From Diadema antillarum (lineage: Eukaryota): a stretch of 64,000 bases of DNA. Both the position numbers and the translations under genes were made by a program. Position 1 is the stretch's first letter, and the number at the start of each line of letters is the position of its first letter. Positions 1 through 12,779 of this stretch are shown here, in pieces. The notes beneath the pieces are model-generated. The model ran no database searches and was not told the DNA's origin. It saw only the letters and a list, made by a program, of their open reading frames with translations. The DNA lies in NCBI RefSeq assembly GCF_040938485.1, contig NW_027271016.1, forward strand, positions 1,844,436 through 1,908,435, written 5' to 3'.

Positions 1-145
1 TGGAACAGGTGTCTCGCACATGCGCAGATCATATTTGTTTAATTCTTTTTCTTCTTTTTTAAATAGGGGTATCACGGTAATAGTGTCGCAGATCTGAACT
101 GCCTAAATGTCAATTATTATTGGAAAATTGATCATGGAAAATAGG

Positions 146-222
146 ATCCATCGGGATTCGAACCCGAGACCTCCGGATGCTAGCCCGGTGCTCTAACGAC
201 TGAGCTATAGAAAGCCCTAGTT
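146..222 (-). pseudogene. tRNA-Ala(AGC)-like sequence: tRNA pseudogene or tRNA-derived SINE head
   Basis: Minus-strand read GGGCTTTCTATAGCTCAGTCGTTAGAGCACCGGGCTAGCATCCGGAGGTCTCGGGTTCGAATCCCGATGGATCC. It has a canonical D-arm (TAGCTCAGT..TAGAGC), a 7-nt anticodon loop CTAGCAT (AGC) and a perfect T-arm TCGGG-TTCGAAT-CCCGA. The 5' GGGCTTT cannot pair with the 3' TGGATCC, and the anticodon stem is imperfect, so it is unlikely to be a functional tRNA. Confidence 0.5.
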
Positions 223-725
223 CAGTGTTCATCCTAGAAACCCTAGATTCTCAATGCTCGGATGGTCAGAAGCTATAGCAGTGTATGTACTCATCACGTG
301 GTTTGCGGTTGCTTTCAATTAGTATATCAGATGGTCTGATCCACTTCTTTTGTTGGGGAATTAATCTTCTTCTTCTTCTTCTTAATCTCGTATAGTGCAT
401 TCACTCGAGATCCTGCACTATACTATCTTTTGTCAACACAACAGACTTAGCAATTGGAGCAGCAAATTACATGAAAAAATCAACAAACAATTATAGAATC
501 GAGATGAGAGGCAAATTTCCTCACTAGATGCTTTGTGCTATTCACACAACATTCACATACATGACACAGCTTTCACATGAATTGAAGTTTCCATGTCCTT
601 GTATGTAGACCATGTCTCGAAAGGCAATTTATTGATGTTTGTATGATACCTCTGGCGTCACCTGTGCTTTTAAGTCTGTCGCAGGATGATATCGGTATTA
701 AAATCATTCACATCTACAAGTATGT

Positions 726-1012
726 ACGTGTATATCATGATTATTACGACAATGTGTAAAGGTGTATTGTATAATTTATGAGTTCATTCTGTATAGGTAG
801 ATGCCCAATTTCAAATCAGCATACAGTATATCATGATTATTATGATAATGCGTAAAGGTGTATTATATAATTCATGAGTTCATTCTGTATAGGTAGATGC
901 CCAATTTCAAATCAGCATACAGTATATCATGATTACTACGATAATGCGTATTGTATATAATTGATGAGTGTACACCATAGGTAGATGCCCGATTTCAAAT
1001 TAGCATTATAGA
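726..1012. repeat. Tandem repeat, ~100-bp unit x3 (gtatatcatgattattacgacaatg...gatgcccaatttcaaatcagcatacag)
   Basis: Three near-identical units starting near 726, 821 and 924, seen directly in the sequence. Confidence 0.8.
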
Positions 1013-1365
1013 TAACATTGATTGATAGATCACCTTATTGTCCGCGATGGAAATTCTTCGTACATTGGATATGCAACAAACATACTTAAAATACATTGCA
1101 AGTACACCCAGAGATCTTGCACAAAGCGCAAATGTAAATGTAACATTGACATACAACATCACGTACACCATAACGTAATACATTATAACCCGACTTTTAC
1201 AACTAAAACAAAAACTTTTTATATCTTTCTACACAATCACTATAATAGGGTATATATACATGATTGCATTTTGTAAATAAAAATCATTAAGCGATACGTA
1301 GTGGAATCACAATAGTCATATTCGATTTCTTTGATTTTCTCTTTTTTTGGTTTTTCCCTCTTCAG

Positions 1366-1556
1366 CGAACGGGTTGCGTCTAGTGCTGGACCTAGAAACG
1401 CCCGAGTACACGCCTTCCAATGATCTGGACGGCGGAGCCTCTGATGCCGGTTTCCGGGTGATGCTCCACTATCCGACTGAACCTCCGTATCCGAAGGAGC
1501 TCGGTTTCTCTGTTGCCCCTGGCATGCACACGACGGTTGCCATGCGATACGAACAT
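1366..1556 (+). CDS. ASIC/ENaC-degenerin family channel, internal exon (palm beta-strands)
   Basis: Acceptor ttccctcttcag|CG and donor CAT|gtacgg. The translation ..GLRLVLDLETPEYTPSNDLDGGASDAGFRVMLHYPTEPPYPKELGFSVAPGMHTTVAMRYEH aligns to the ASIC1 segment [51 protein letters not shown]. It starts in phase 1 and ends in phase 0. Confidence 0.8.
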
Positions 1557-1578
1557 GTACGGGAATCCCTAGCGGTGT

Positions 1579-1660
1579 CTTTTGTTCAATTCAATTCAAT
1601 TTAATTCAATTCAATTCAATTTGATTTAATTTAATTTGATTTAATTCAATTCAATTAAAT
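1579..1660. repeat. (TTCAA/TTTAA)n-like pentamer microsatellite
   Basis: ttcaattcaatttaattcaattcaattcaatttgatttaatttaatttgatttaattcaattcaattaaat. Confidence 0.8.
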
Positions 1661-3569
1661 GTTAGTTCCAATATATCACATTTTTGCCGATATAGTCACA
1701 AAAGAATATAATGCAAAAAATCTGTTCAAAATTTTTCGTTTGTACGCTCAATAATAAGGGCTTGCGAATTTGAAAGTGACGTTGTTTGTTTATTCATCTT
1801 TATGTCTTCTTCATGATGACATGAAACTGATAGCGATGTGTTGGATGCATGATTTTGTTTTTTTACCATTGATGTTTGTTGTTGTTTTTTTTAACATTGA
1901 AGTTTTGACTTGAAAATAGTGACTGTGAAATTCCTCTCGCAACATTTATTGTAAGCAAAATGTTTTTTTTTTTCTGGATTTTATTGATCAGATCGAAAAA
2001 CATCGTACTTTTTCACAGGTCATATGACAAATACATTTTTGACATCACAAAACAAAAGTTTGATAGCATTCAATGACAGTAAAACTACCAGGCGTCTGAT
2101 CCTTTTTTGGACTATTGTCTCTAACACACGTTAACACCAATAATTCTAGAATCGTATACACAGAAAACGAGGGGAAAAAAGAAAAAGAAAAAATAGCCTT
2201 CAGTGGAAACACTAAATATTACCAAAGACCAGACAAAACAAACCAAAGGCGCAAGAACACACACTACAATCTTTAAAAAAAAAAGAAAAGAAAAGAAAAA
2301 CCAAATCAAAGGTATTATTCACCTAGCTCATTTAGGCACTCTCCGTAACTTCCTTTCTACGATAACATACTATACACCCAGCCCTGGGCTGAAGATGCGA
2401 AGTCTCCTGTCCCTTCTCCTGGCAGGGGGGGGGGGGGGGGGGCGGTATTCGACGCTGCAATCTTTGAAGTGATAATGCAGGACAGAACAATTGTTTCATA
2501 AACATAAACTACAGTGTATGCCATGACAAGAGAGAGAGAGAGAGAGGGAGAGGAGGGAGGGAGGGAATTAGAAAAAGGAGTATAAACCGCGGTGAGGAAG
2601 AAAGGACCATCAGAGCAAGGGAAAGGAAGAAGAAAGTGGGAAGGGCATTTGACTTTCTATAAAGATATAATTTGTTTTATATCCCTCATGTAAAGCTTCT
2701 TGCCATAGGATTGTACAGAGCACGAACATGGTGTAGTTTTACTAGCTAGCTACAAGCAGCTGGATGCGGTGCAATTGGTTACTAGCCAGCGGGATATAGT
2801 ACTTTTGGGAATCCACGATTTGCACCCATCGTGATCGTGTGATCGATATCTACATTTCTCACTTAAGAATGTACGCAGTGCGCGTAGTAGCGATACTTTT
2901 GAGCGACAGTCCTGTGGCTTGTAGCTAGCTAGCTAGCGCTAAGAGAGCGCGCGGTGTGATGTGCGACAGCATTACAGAAATCTGTGTGGTGCGATGGCGT
3001 GGCCGCGTCGGTCGGTGTGTAACGTGTGGACGTGAGATACGTGATCAATGCATTCAGCTCAATTGACAAAGTGACTGCTTCCAGTAACGGAAGAATGATC
3101 GCAGGAGGACACCATATCAGGTACGAATTAGGAATAAACTAAAACCGATTTTGAAGATGATCTGGGTAACGAAGCCGCTTTAGGCCTACTTCTAACGTAG
3201 TCCTGGACCTCGATCTTTCGGAGTTTTGCACGCTGTAGTGTAGCTCGTGTGTAGGAATCAACAACAGCGCAGCGGTGTCGTTCGCTACGCGCTGCACGCA
3301 CTGCTGCTGCACTGCTACATCCTAACGTTAGATTTATCGTTCACGAAACCTGCACACTTTTCCAAAAGGGAACCGTCATTACTCTAGTAAAATGCTCGAG
3401 AGGGATATAAAACAAATATCGACTGCTTTCTTTCGGGCCATGGTAAAACTATTTGACCTCGGTGCAAATAGTTTTACCATCTCCCTCTGCAGCAGTCGAT
3501 ATTTGTATACTATTTTCCTCCACTTTGCCCCATGCAAATCAAATTTATTTTTGCTTTTTGGCTATTTCT

Positions 3570-5265
3570 TCTTCAATCAAACTATATATATTTTTTTTAC
3601 ATATTGCACAAAATGTTGCCTTTGAGGACATAAACTTTGATACTTACAACTTAAAATAAATTGTTTACCTAATAATATTATGAAATTGTATGAAAAAACA
3701 AAATCGTTCCTCGGATGTATAACACCATATAACACCTTTTGACATGAAAACAATTGCAAGGAATCAATTTTACTTTTTTCCTCTTTAACCAATGATTCCC
3801 AGAATACTGACACCTTCCGACAATTAAAAAACAGATGTTCTATTGTCTCCGGTTCACTTTTACAAAAGGAACATCTTGAGTCATCTTTTCTCCCTATTCG
3901 AACAAGCCACGAATTAACGGGGATCAAATTATTCAGTATCTTATATTGCGTTATTCTTAATTTTGTCAAACTGGCAGGTAATTTGAAAAGAGATTGAACA
4001 TCTTCAAGTCCAATGTCATACATAACGTCAAAACGATCAAAAACACTAGATTTTCCAGGGTTATTCAAGTGCAAATATATATTGTATAAATGCTTTGTTG
4101 TTACGTTATGTAATTCCAACCATCTACCCTGAACCCAGATTAAAGGAATAATACTCAGGGGTTTAATAAAGGGGTGATAGTTTTGACGAAGAAAAAAAGC
4201 TTCCACTCACTTGGCATCTTCTTGAAGCAATCAAGAAGAGTGAAATACTGAGTAAACTGTAAACCTTTACCCTTACAATCCTTCCAACGCAGAGGTCGGC
4301 CGTACTCATCTAACATATCAGTACCTTCAAAAAACCTTTCTCTACTATGTTTATTAAACATAGACTTCCCGTGAAACAAAATGTATTTATTATTCCAGAT
4401 TATTTGATTGGGTATGCTTAATTCTCTGTTCTGAAGGAGGGACCACGTTTCTAATACCTCTAAAAACCACCGTGAAACATTAATCTTTAACTTTGAAACA
4501 TCAAAGTTGCAGAAGAACAAAAATTCTCCTCCTACAGATGCTAACAAATTCAAACAAATGGATTTCCATCCTTTTGAACATGACCCAAATAACCTCTGCA
4601 CCCATTTTATTTTTTGAGCTTGCATCATTGACTTTAAACAGCACATTTTCAAACCTCCCTCCTCATAATCTTTTACTAAAACATCGCGCCTTATTCTATC
4701 TGGGCCTCTCCAAATAAATTCATAAATAACTTTATTCACGTCATGTATAAAAGAATCTGGCACTGAAACTATACTTGCGATATATAGCAACTGAGATAAA
4801 GCATAAGTCTTAACAATCTGAATTTTCCCGTAGAGGGATAAATCTCTGAATCTCCACCTATGCAGTTGTGATTTAATATTCATCAAAATTCTTTGTAATT
4901 GCGCCTTCCGGTCGTGAAAAGAATACGAAATATCTATTCCTAAAACAGTGAGAACAGATACAAATTCTACATTCCTAAATTGTTGCACGTCCGTCTTAGG
5001 TGCAGTAGTAAACACCGATGGACCAATTCGCATCACTTTTGTCTTATCATAATTAATTGATAAAGACGAACAGATAGCAAAATCATCTAAAATCTTTGCA
5101 AGATTAAGAAAACATTGATCATTTGTTAAAAAAACTGTGATATCATCAGCATACATAGAAAGTTTTATTTCCTCCAGTACACTTAACTTAAGCAAAATGT
5201 TTGCTGCGTACCCAGTGCATTTCTTCTCATGTCTAAAACCCAACCAAGATTTATGAACCAATGTT
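3570..5265 (-). mobile_element. 5'-truncated non-LTR retrotransposon (LINE) ORF2 fragment: RT plus C-terminal Cys-rich domain, frameshifted
   Basis: ORF 4155..5261 (-) has RT motifs including YADDITVF. ORF 3577..4206 (-) in an overlapping frame has the C-terminal C..C...HLFFNC zinc-knuckle-like motif. It sits inside the 4-kb ASIC intron. Confidence 0.8.
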
Positions 5266-5641
5266 AGAGTTTAAAGACTGAAGAAAAAAAAGAGTACTAA
5301 ACAGAACAGATTGAAGTTGAAACGAAATGCCTTGTTCAAATTGACCTTCCTCTCATTCAGAGTAAAGATTATGTTTACAAAGCTTCCATTAAAATCAACA
5401 CAAATGAAAGTAATTTCACATAATGTTTACGTTCTTCATATTCAAATTAGATGAGGCGAATATGACCTTACCTCTCGGTGGTTTTTGAGGATATGAAGTT
5501 AATCAAATTAAATCCGTAAAGCGAAGGGAAAGGAAGTTCTATCTCGGCTTTCGGGAAGTCAATCGGAAGAGTATATTGTCTTCTTGTTGGTGATGCTGAT
5601 GCGTATGACGATAATAAACACATGTCTCCCTCATCGTTCAG

Positions 5642-5852
5642 ATCACGAGCTTGGCACCGCCGTTTTCTACCTGCGAGGATGAAGGTGCCGACATCATCAC
5701 CCATTTCGACCACTACTCGCTGCAGGCGTGTCGCATCGAGTGCGAGACGCAGGTGGTGCTCGCCGAGTGTGGCTGCCGCCTGCCCGAGCAACCCGGGGAC
5801 GAGGAGGTGTGCGGCCCGGCGGAGACGCATGAGTGTGCGCACTCCACGCTCA
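5642..5852 (+). CDS. ASIC/ENaC family channel exon (Cys-rich thumb region)
   Basis: Acceptor catcgttcag|ATC and donor CTCA|gtaagt. The translation ITSLAPPFSTCEDEGADIITHFDHYSLQACRIECETQVVLAECGCRLPEQPGDEEVCGPAETHECAHSTL matches the ASIC segment [36 protein letters not shown]..C. Its phase is consistent with the neighbouring exons. Confidence 0.85.
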
Positions 5853-6806
5853 GTAAGTTAAGGCTTAAAGGGGAGACCTCCTGATGATTTTTTTAGACTT
5901 TTACATCTGAACGACTATAAATTAGTTATATTGAGTACAAACTGTAATGAACGAGGTTGATGACAAGGCAGCCTCACCATAAGAATGCATGAGCTGGGAC
6001 TCAAGGAAGCAGAACAAAAGAAGAAGACATGCATAGATACATAGGTGAACTTGTTAAGCAATTGGTTTTGTAACGGAATTACACTGCTATATTTCTATGT
6101 GTGAGGCTCCTCTGTCATCAACACTGTTCAGTGTAATTTCTTGAAAAATTTTCAGAGCGTTGATTTCTCTGCACAAGGACCGCAATAAATTCCACAAATT
6201 TATGCATGCAGCTGTCGATTTATGTACTACCTGATGTGAAATTATGAAAATCGTCTGGAATGCCCTTTTAAAGAAGACCCCACGATTATTTTTAGATATT
6301 TGTATTAAAAAGAAGAAGAAGAGGAAGAAAAAGAACATGTATTCAGTGATCAAATTCAGGGTGACTGAGGTGAAAATAAGAATGTTTCAAAATTAAAAAA
6401 AAAATACAATGAACGAGGATGCATGACTGGATGCTAAAAGTCCAGTAGAACGAAAGAAAAGAGCATGCATATAGGCCTACAGTCTATACAGGTGAAATTT
6501 TTAAGCGAGTGGTATCGTAATGGAATTACGTTGCTACATTCCTGGAAAATGTGAGTCTCCTATGCAATCAATCTTGTTCAATGTGATATATCATGTTTTG
6601 TGTTTTTTTTTTTACGTAGCTATATACAACATGACGTCGAATTAAAGCAATTGTCTGTTCCCCTTTAAACATGGAGCTAGGATCTGAGTTCAGTGCAAAC
6701 CTAAATAAAAAAGCAAAATCCATTTAAGTTCCAATACAAAGAGAAATCGAGAAATTGTGAAAGCTAAAGGAACACATTTCACTATTTAGCATGAAACCTT
6801 GTCCCC

Positions 6807-6808
<2 letters not shown>

Positions 6809-6838
<30 letters not shown>
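6809..6838. repeat. (CT)n microsatellite
   Basis: ctctctctctctctctctctctctct, immediately upstream of the exon acceptor. Confidence 0.9.
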
Positions 6839-6843
<5 letters not shown>

Positions 6844-6870
6844 GATATGTGTTTTCTATTTGTGGTTCAG

Positions 6871-7036
6871 GACAATTTATAGCGGGAACGCTGGATACGG
6901 ACGAAACGTGCGAGTGCAAATCGCCGTGTATATTCGAGAACTACCCGTTCACGGCAACTCAGTCCAAATTGCGCTCTTCCTTTCTGGAGAAGCTGTACAG
7001 CAATTCGTCAAACAATTTCACTACAGAATACATTGA
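6871..7036 (+). CDS. ASIC/ENaC family channel exon
   Basis: Acceptor tgtggttcag|GA and donor ATTGA|gtaaga. The translation (R)QFIAGTLDTDETCECKSPCIFENYPFTATQSKLRSSFLEKLYSNSSNNFTTEYIE contains the C-x-C..PC signature of the family. Its splice phase joins the preceding exon. Confidence 0.8.
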
Positions 7037-7815
7037 GTAAGAGAACATTTCCTTGGAACGTTCACATATCTTTGTATAGAATGGGTCGTGATTTTCAGAG
7101 GCCACAAAAATCACAAATGTTGTTTTATGCCATACACTTTGAATGTTGTGTCATCTTAAATTGAAGATAATTGTCTGATTTTATGGTCGGAGCGGACGTC
7201 ATTTATAGTGTCATATCAATTTGTAGGAAAAATAGCGAATGTTGTTTAAAACGCCATACGTGAGAATTTCTTTTTTATTAAAAGATTTAAAAAATCTTAA
7301 AGAGAAAAAAAGACGCAAACAATTGCAACTTCAAATAAACATACTATCACGGTGGGTGTCCGTGTTTCAAGCGTAAGTTCAAACATTGTATACACACATA
7401 CACACACATTATGCGACACAATGTAATTAAATATCATATCAATAGGGCATGATCTTGAGTGCACATGCTGGATTATATGCACGACAAATTTAACGCATGA
7501 TAGCCCATGAAGTGCATTTCTATTTCATGAGGGCCGAAGGCCAGTGCAAAGTAAACAAGATGACTTATTCCAAGTTTTTAACACGGAATTACCAGTGCAA
7601 TACTAAAAAATATTATCATGACGTGCCATAGAACAAAATTAATGAATGCCAAGCATATACATAATAATTATATACCTAATTATGTATGCATGTATATCAT
7701 CAATGTGTTATTGTCCATTTGTATATACTATTATGTCTGTTGTATATGAGTATTAATAGAGACATATTAAATATAAATCGAGCTTTCATCTCAATTCTTC
7801 TTTCCAACCGTTCAG

Positions 7816-7907
7816 CAACAACATTGCAATAATAAGTTTCTACTACGAGGCCCTTAACTACGAGACCATTGAAATGCTGCCGGAGTACACGCTCCCTACT
7901 CTTCTAG
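7816..7907 (+). CDS. ASIC/ENaC family channel exon (pre-TM2)
   Basis: Acceptor ccgttcag|C and donor CTAG|gtaaga. The translation [31 protein letters not shown] aligns to the ASIC1 segment [30 protein letters not shown]. Confidence 0.85.
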
Positions 7908-9151
7908 GTAAGATAACTGTTAATCGTATTTATCAGTGTGTATTTCGATATGATCATCTTAACAACAACTGTATCAAGCAACAAAAACAGGGCAATTAAA
8001 CCCATCTAGGAAAGATTCCCGCTTTGAAAGATCGCTGCATACAGATACCCTTTTACCAACGGATACATGTAGGCCTACATTTATGAAGCATTTTAGGATA
8101 TACGTCACAGATACATAACTATTTATCGTGAAGTCATCCCTTGACTCTCTTCGTGCTACGTTAACATTCTGTCTGTAGGTATGTGTGAAATTTGTGAACA
8201 TTAATTTGACTCATAATTAAACATTTGCAGATGAAACAAAAACCCAGCATTGGTGCTTTACAATAGTTCTAAACTGTGAGTTAGAGATAGAAACAACCAC
8301 TGTAAAAATTTGAATCTGTGAAATCAATGGTAAGTATTGTTGAATATACAAAATGTGAACAATAGATATAGTAAAAATATTTCCAGACTAAACTGTCCAG
8401 AGTTACGGTTTCATGAGAAAAATACAGAGTTGATATCTCCTAATATTTTAGGCTTTATCGCGAAAATTTATATGTAAAATTATAAATACAGCATGTGCAT
8501 TAAATGTCATATCTTGAAAACGTTTAAAATCACTGTTCCCTAAGGTAAACAGGACCTAATCGATTTTACACGAAGTGCATATTAATACCAAAACGATTTC
8601 GTATATCAATTTGAACAATCTTTCAGAATCTTTACATGTTTGATTACTCAAAAGGTAGTGCTTAGATAGTGAAATGTCCCGGTGCTTTGGTCATTACGTC
8701 TAATGGATAAAGCAATGGTTCAAAATACAACACAATACAGACAAAAACTTGTCTTAGACAATTTTTTTATTAATTTTGCAGTTGTATGAAAAATAATGAC
8801 AAGTTTTATCCATTATCAAGAAAGGAACACCAACGAAGTATAAGTAAGGCCTTACGTTCTGAAGGAAAATTATGACATCTTTTCAACATCCACATTCTTG
8901 GAATAATCTAAAGTCATCTACCTCTTGCATAATTCAATTTGGGTCTAGCGACTCTCAAACAGCCAGATTGACTGAAGATTATCCCTTATGCATACTTTTA
9001 TATTTTGGTATACAACCACAATAGACTTTCAAAACGAAGCTGTCTTGTTACGCCAAAGTTAGCGGCCAACCTGAACCTTCTGTGATTGATCAAGTTGGTA
9101 AATGCAATTGGAAAATGTTAGCACTTCAGTAAATTGGAGAACCTTTTTGTT

Positions 9152-9180
9152 GTTGTTGTTGTTGTTGTTGTTGTAGTTGC
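9152..9180. repeat. (GTT)n microsatellite
   Basis: ttgttgttgttgttgttgttgttg in the last ASIC intron. Confidence 0.9.
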
Positions 9181-9354
9181 TTTTTTGTTTCAGGGTTTGA
9201 AACTTGAGAGAATACACTTTTGAATTTGATCTTGTTTCTTTCTTCCGGTACCTTGTACACTTTAGTCACTGATGATTGCTATAGCATCAAAAATCGTATG
9301 TCCTGAATATGATACCGTTTGCTAACACTGTCTTGTGTGTTCTGTTTAAAACAG

Positions 9355-9560
9355 CCGTGATTGGCGGCAACATGGGCTTGTTTCTCGGAGCGAGCGCACT
9401 GACGGTGGTCCAATTCGGCGAGTACATCGTCGACGAGATTAGCGGCTGGTGCGTGTGCGGGAAGAAGAAAAACAACGCGAAAGTCAACGGCGAAACCGCA
9501 AAAGTCGAGCCGGTACAAACCGTCAGCGCCAAGGACGCGTGGAGTGACGGAAACGTCTGA
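9355..9560 (+). CDS. ASIC/ENaC family channel terminal exon (TM2 plus C-tail, TGA stop at 9558..9560)
   Basis: Acceptor tttaaaacag|CC. The translation AVIGGNMGLFLGASALTVVQFGEYIVDEISGWCVCGKKKNNAKVNGETAKVEPVQTVSAKDAWSDGNV* matches the ASIC TM2 motif GGQMGLFIGASILTVLE. AATAAA-like signals lie downstream near 9760 and 9888. Confidence 0.85.
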
Positions 9561-11439
9561 GCGATCGTCTGCAAGGTTTTTTTTTGATCTTCTTGCAGCC
9601 AATGTGTATTGTTTGATCTTTTTCTGGAATGTACCCTACCGTGTGGACCATCATGTTTGTTATAAGCCACTTAATCAGCGTCTGGTTTGCAAGAGAAATA
9701 TTCTTAGAAGCCAAAGATGGACGAAATCTTCGTTTGATGTGAACAAACAATCAAAATAAAGCATTCCATAAGTTATATCATCAGACGGGATGTTCATTGT
9801 GAGATCATGGACTTGTATAATATGACTGTGTACTCGGTGGTATGGTTTGAGTAGTAATAACGTGCATACATAATTATACAAGTTTGAATAAATGTCCCTG
9901 TAACTAGCTGCAAAAGAATTGATCAGTACTCCTTGTCCCTCGTCACATCACGATTTATTTCCTCTAAACCAGTTGCAATTGGTATTCAGATGTCCCAGAG
10001 AATCTAGTTCGGATCTAGCTATCTCCCCGTAGACATTAAATCGGTGGAATGATGTTGCAGTAATGCATGAATAACGTTTAAATGATAACCTGGAGGTGTG
10101 TGCGTGTGGACGGGGATATGGCACAGACGGTATGCATATTACCTTCACGATGTATGTGAAGCACTTGAATTGACATGCTGAAGAGTATTTTGCATTTATT
10201 CTATTTGTTATTATTAATTTTTATCTCAGAAATCTGATATTATTTCGGTAAATCCTGCTTACTGATGCCAGGAATTCGCCGTGATGTATCTTAAAAGTGT
10301 CCAGTGTGCAAATGCTCTATAAGTTCTGTAAGCACAAGTGAAAAAACAATCAGGAAATCGATCTTTCGTGCTACCTTTTTTTTTTGGGGGGGGGGGGTGT
10401 ACGTTGATTTTAATTCAGCATCCTTCAACCGCGTTCATTTTGTCATAATTGCTGTCGTATAATCATGTGACATTTGATAATAAATTGAATTTTCCAGTTC
10501 ATAAACCACGTAACATTAATTGTAAACAATTTGACACGCATCAATCTAAGCTTCCAGGGTACAGTGTCGATAAAATGAACATCTATTATGTCTGTTATGT
10601 GATGGAATATGTGTCCGAAAGACGTATACACATTGTACTCGTCGACTCCGGATCAAATTATGCAATTGGTAATAATGACTTCATTTTTGCTCATTTCTGC
10701 ATAGGGGGAGAAGATATCTCTTTACAATATGCTATCAAAAGTCACCTAGGCTCGTAGCTTATAAAATCGGCTGAACAGTGATCATTTTCCATACATAAAT
10801 GACTTCTCTACAAAGTTATATATACCTCAACGCCAGCATGCATTCTCGACAGACTTTCAAACACAGGCAAATTTAGCCAACTGATTGTCTAAAAACCCTA
10901 TACCGTTTGTTTGTTTTTTCTGCACGTTTATATACAAGTATTCATTCATATTATGTGCATAATGTCTATAAAAGTATTGTAAATACAATTTGAACCATTC
11001 GAGGAAATAATGTTTGTCATCATCATCATCATCATCATTCTGGTCTTCTATCTGTTCTCCGTTTCTTTTTCACAAACACTGATTACTCGGGGCTTACAGA
11101 CAAACAAGCTAGCTTTCATGTAGGTCCCGTCATACTTCTCTTTGATCAACCCCATTTCGATTTCGATTTTGACCAGTTATCATTACATGTAATTACTGTG
11201 TTATCACCATGTATATTGTTTGTTTTCTGCACATTGTTCACAAGGTAAAAGAACTTGTCTGGTTTCTGTTGTAATGTTCATAAATGAGAAGTATGAAAAT
11301 AAAATGAATTGAAAAATTGAATTGTTTTTGTCCGTTTTGGTCGTTTCCGTCCTTATGTCCTAGCGAAATCCAATCTCTTCTATCTTATCCAATCGACACA
11401 GTTATTCATGGTAACAGCTTAGCATGTACCGTAAAGCTT

Positions 11440-11760
11440 AAATGGAATAGTAATGGTGGAGGTGAGGATTGGAATTTTCACTTTTTGCGAGGTACCAAGA
11501 AATCACTTATGAAAAAGCACAGAGCATACCATTCTAAGAGGGATTCAAAGTTTATAGATGAAAAATCGATTTTCGAATGGCTAAGGCATCCAAAAACAGA
11601 GTAAAACAAAGCGATCGTAATGATAGGTGGGTCCCATCTTATATCAGGAACGCTCTTTCACATTTTTATAAGAGGTTTCTCATTATCTCATCGAAAACAA
11701 AATATTAGAAACCTTAAATTAGGTCTCAACTGAAATTATAACATTCCTTAAAGCATACCA
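11440..11760 (+). repeat. Copy A of an unnamed dispersed repeat family (second copy at 58190..58580)
   Basis: Shared blocks with 58190..58580 in the same orientation: ..ctttttgcgag.taccaagaaa.cactt.., ..catccaaaaaca.agtaaaacaaag.gatcgtaat.., ..ataagaggtttctcattatctca..aaa.tattagaaacct.aaat.aggtctc.ac.aaa. The spurious ORFs 11317..11604 and 58187..58384 share GGxExWxFxFLR for this reason. Confidence 0.7.
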
Positions 11761-12779
11761 AGAGGTTCAAACCATCATAAGACAAATGCAAAGATAAGAT
11801 ATACAAAACAGTATTAAAATCAGAACTGACTCTAAATTACAACAGAATAATGGATCACAATCGACCAATCCAATACACTAAAGATTTCACTTGATATTCA
11901 TCTGGTGATCGACAAGTAATTTAAGCATTCAATTTGTTGATTGGCGAATCCCTTCTAAATCCCCTCGATAAACATGCCTGATAGATTGTAACAGATTATT
12001 TGTTAGGTTTCATTCTATGGCTGAAGAAAATTTCACAGGCGTAAAATGATGCAAGGATCTGACTATCATCACATGATTATGGGATATTCTGACCCATTCC
12101 TTGCCATTCCACATCAGTTTGGTTACAGGGGTATGAATTCAATCGGCTAGTGGTGTCAAACGGCTAAGTTCTAAGTCAAAGTCCTTATGACGATGAGGAA
12201 AAGAAATCTTTATCATCCTAATTACGATCAATACATGAATCATAACATCACAACATTTAAAAAGCGAACCTATTTTGTCATTTTCTAAAGAGTACTCTCG
12301 AACTGACGGCAGTGTGAGCATACTAATAATTAAGATTGCGACGATTCTTATAAAGTTACCCTTAACTGGTCAGTATATATGACTAAACAAAAGTGAGAAA
12401 ATAAATGAAGAAAGGATTTTGTGATTTTTTTTCTTATATTCCATATGGGGTTTATGCTTGAATTGGTATATATACGTATATGGTAATCGTCTAAATCAAT
12501 CCATTAATTAGGGATTTTTAAAAATTTTTTTAGGCCTTACTATTATGACAAGCATATTAATAATAAAATGTAAGGGACAGTGGAATTTGTGCATTGTCGA
12601 CATTTAGGAGCCGATTGACTCAAGATCAAAATTTGTCAATTTTTTTTTCGAAATCTTCTTCTTCTTCTTCTGTTGTATGAAGTCTCCTGAATACTTTTTT
12701 AGATCAATGTACTGCTGTAAAGCTGCTATACATCGTATCTCAAAGCTGCCGTCACACACAAAAAAAAAATCTGAGGCAA

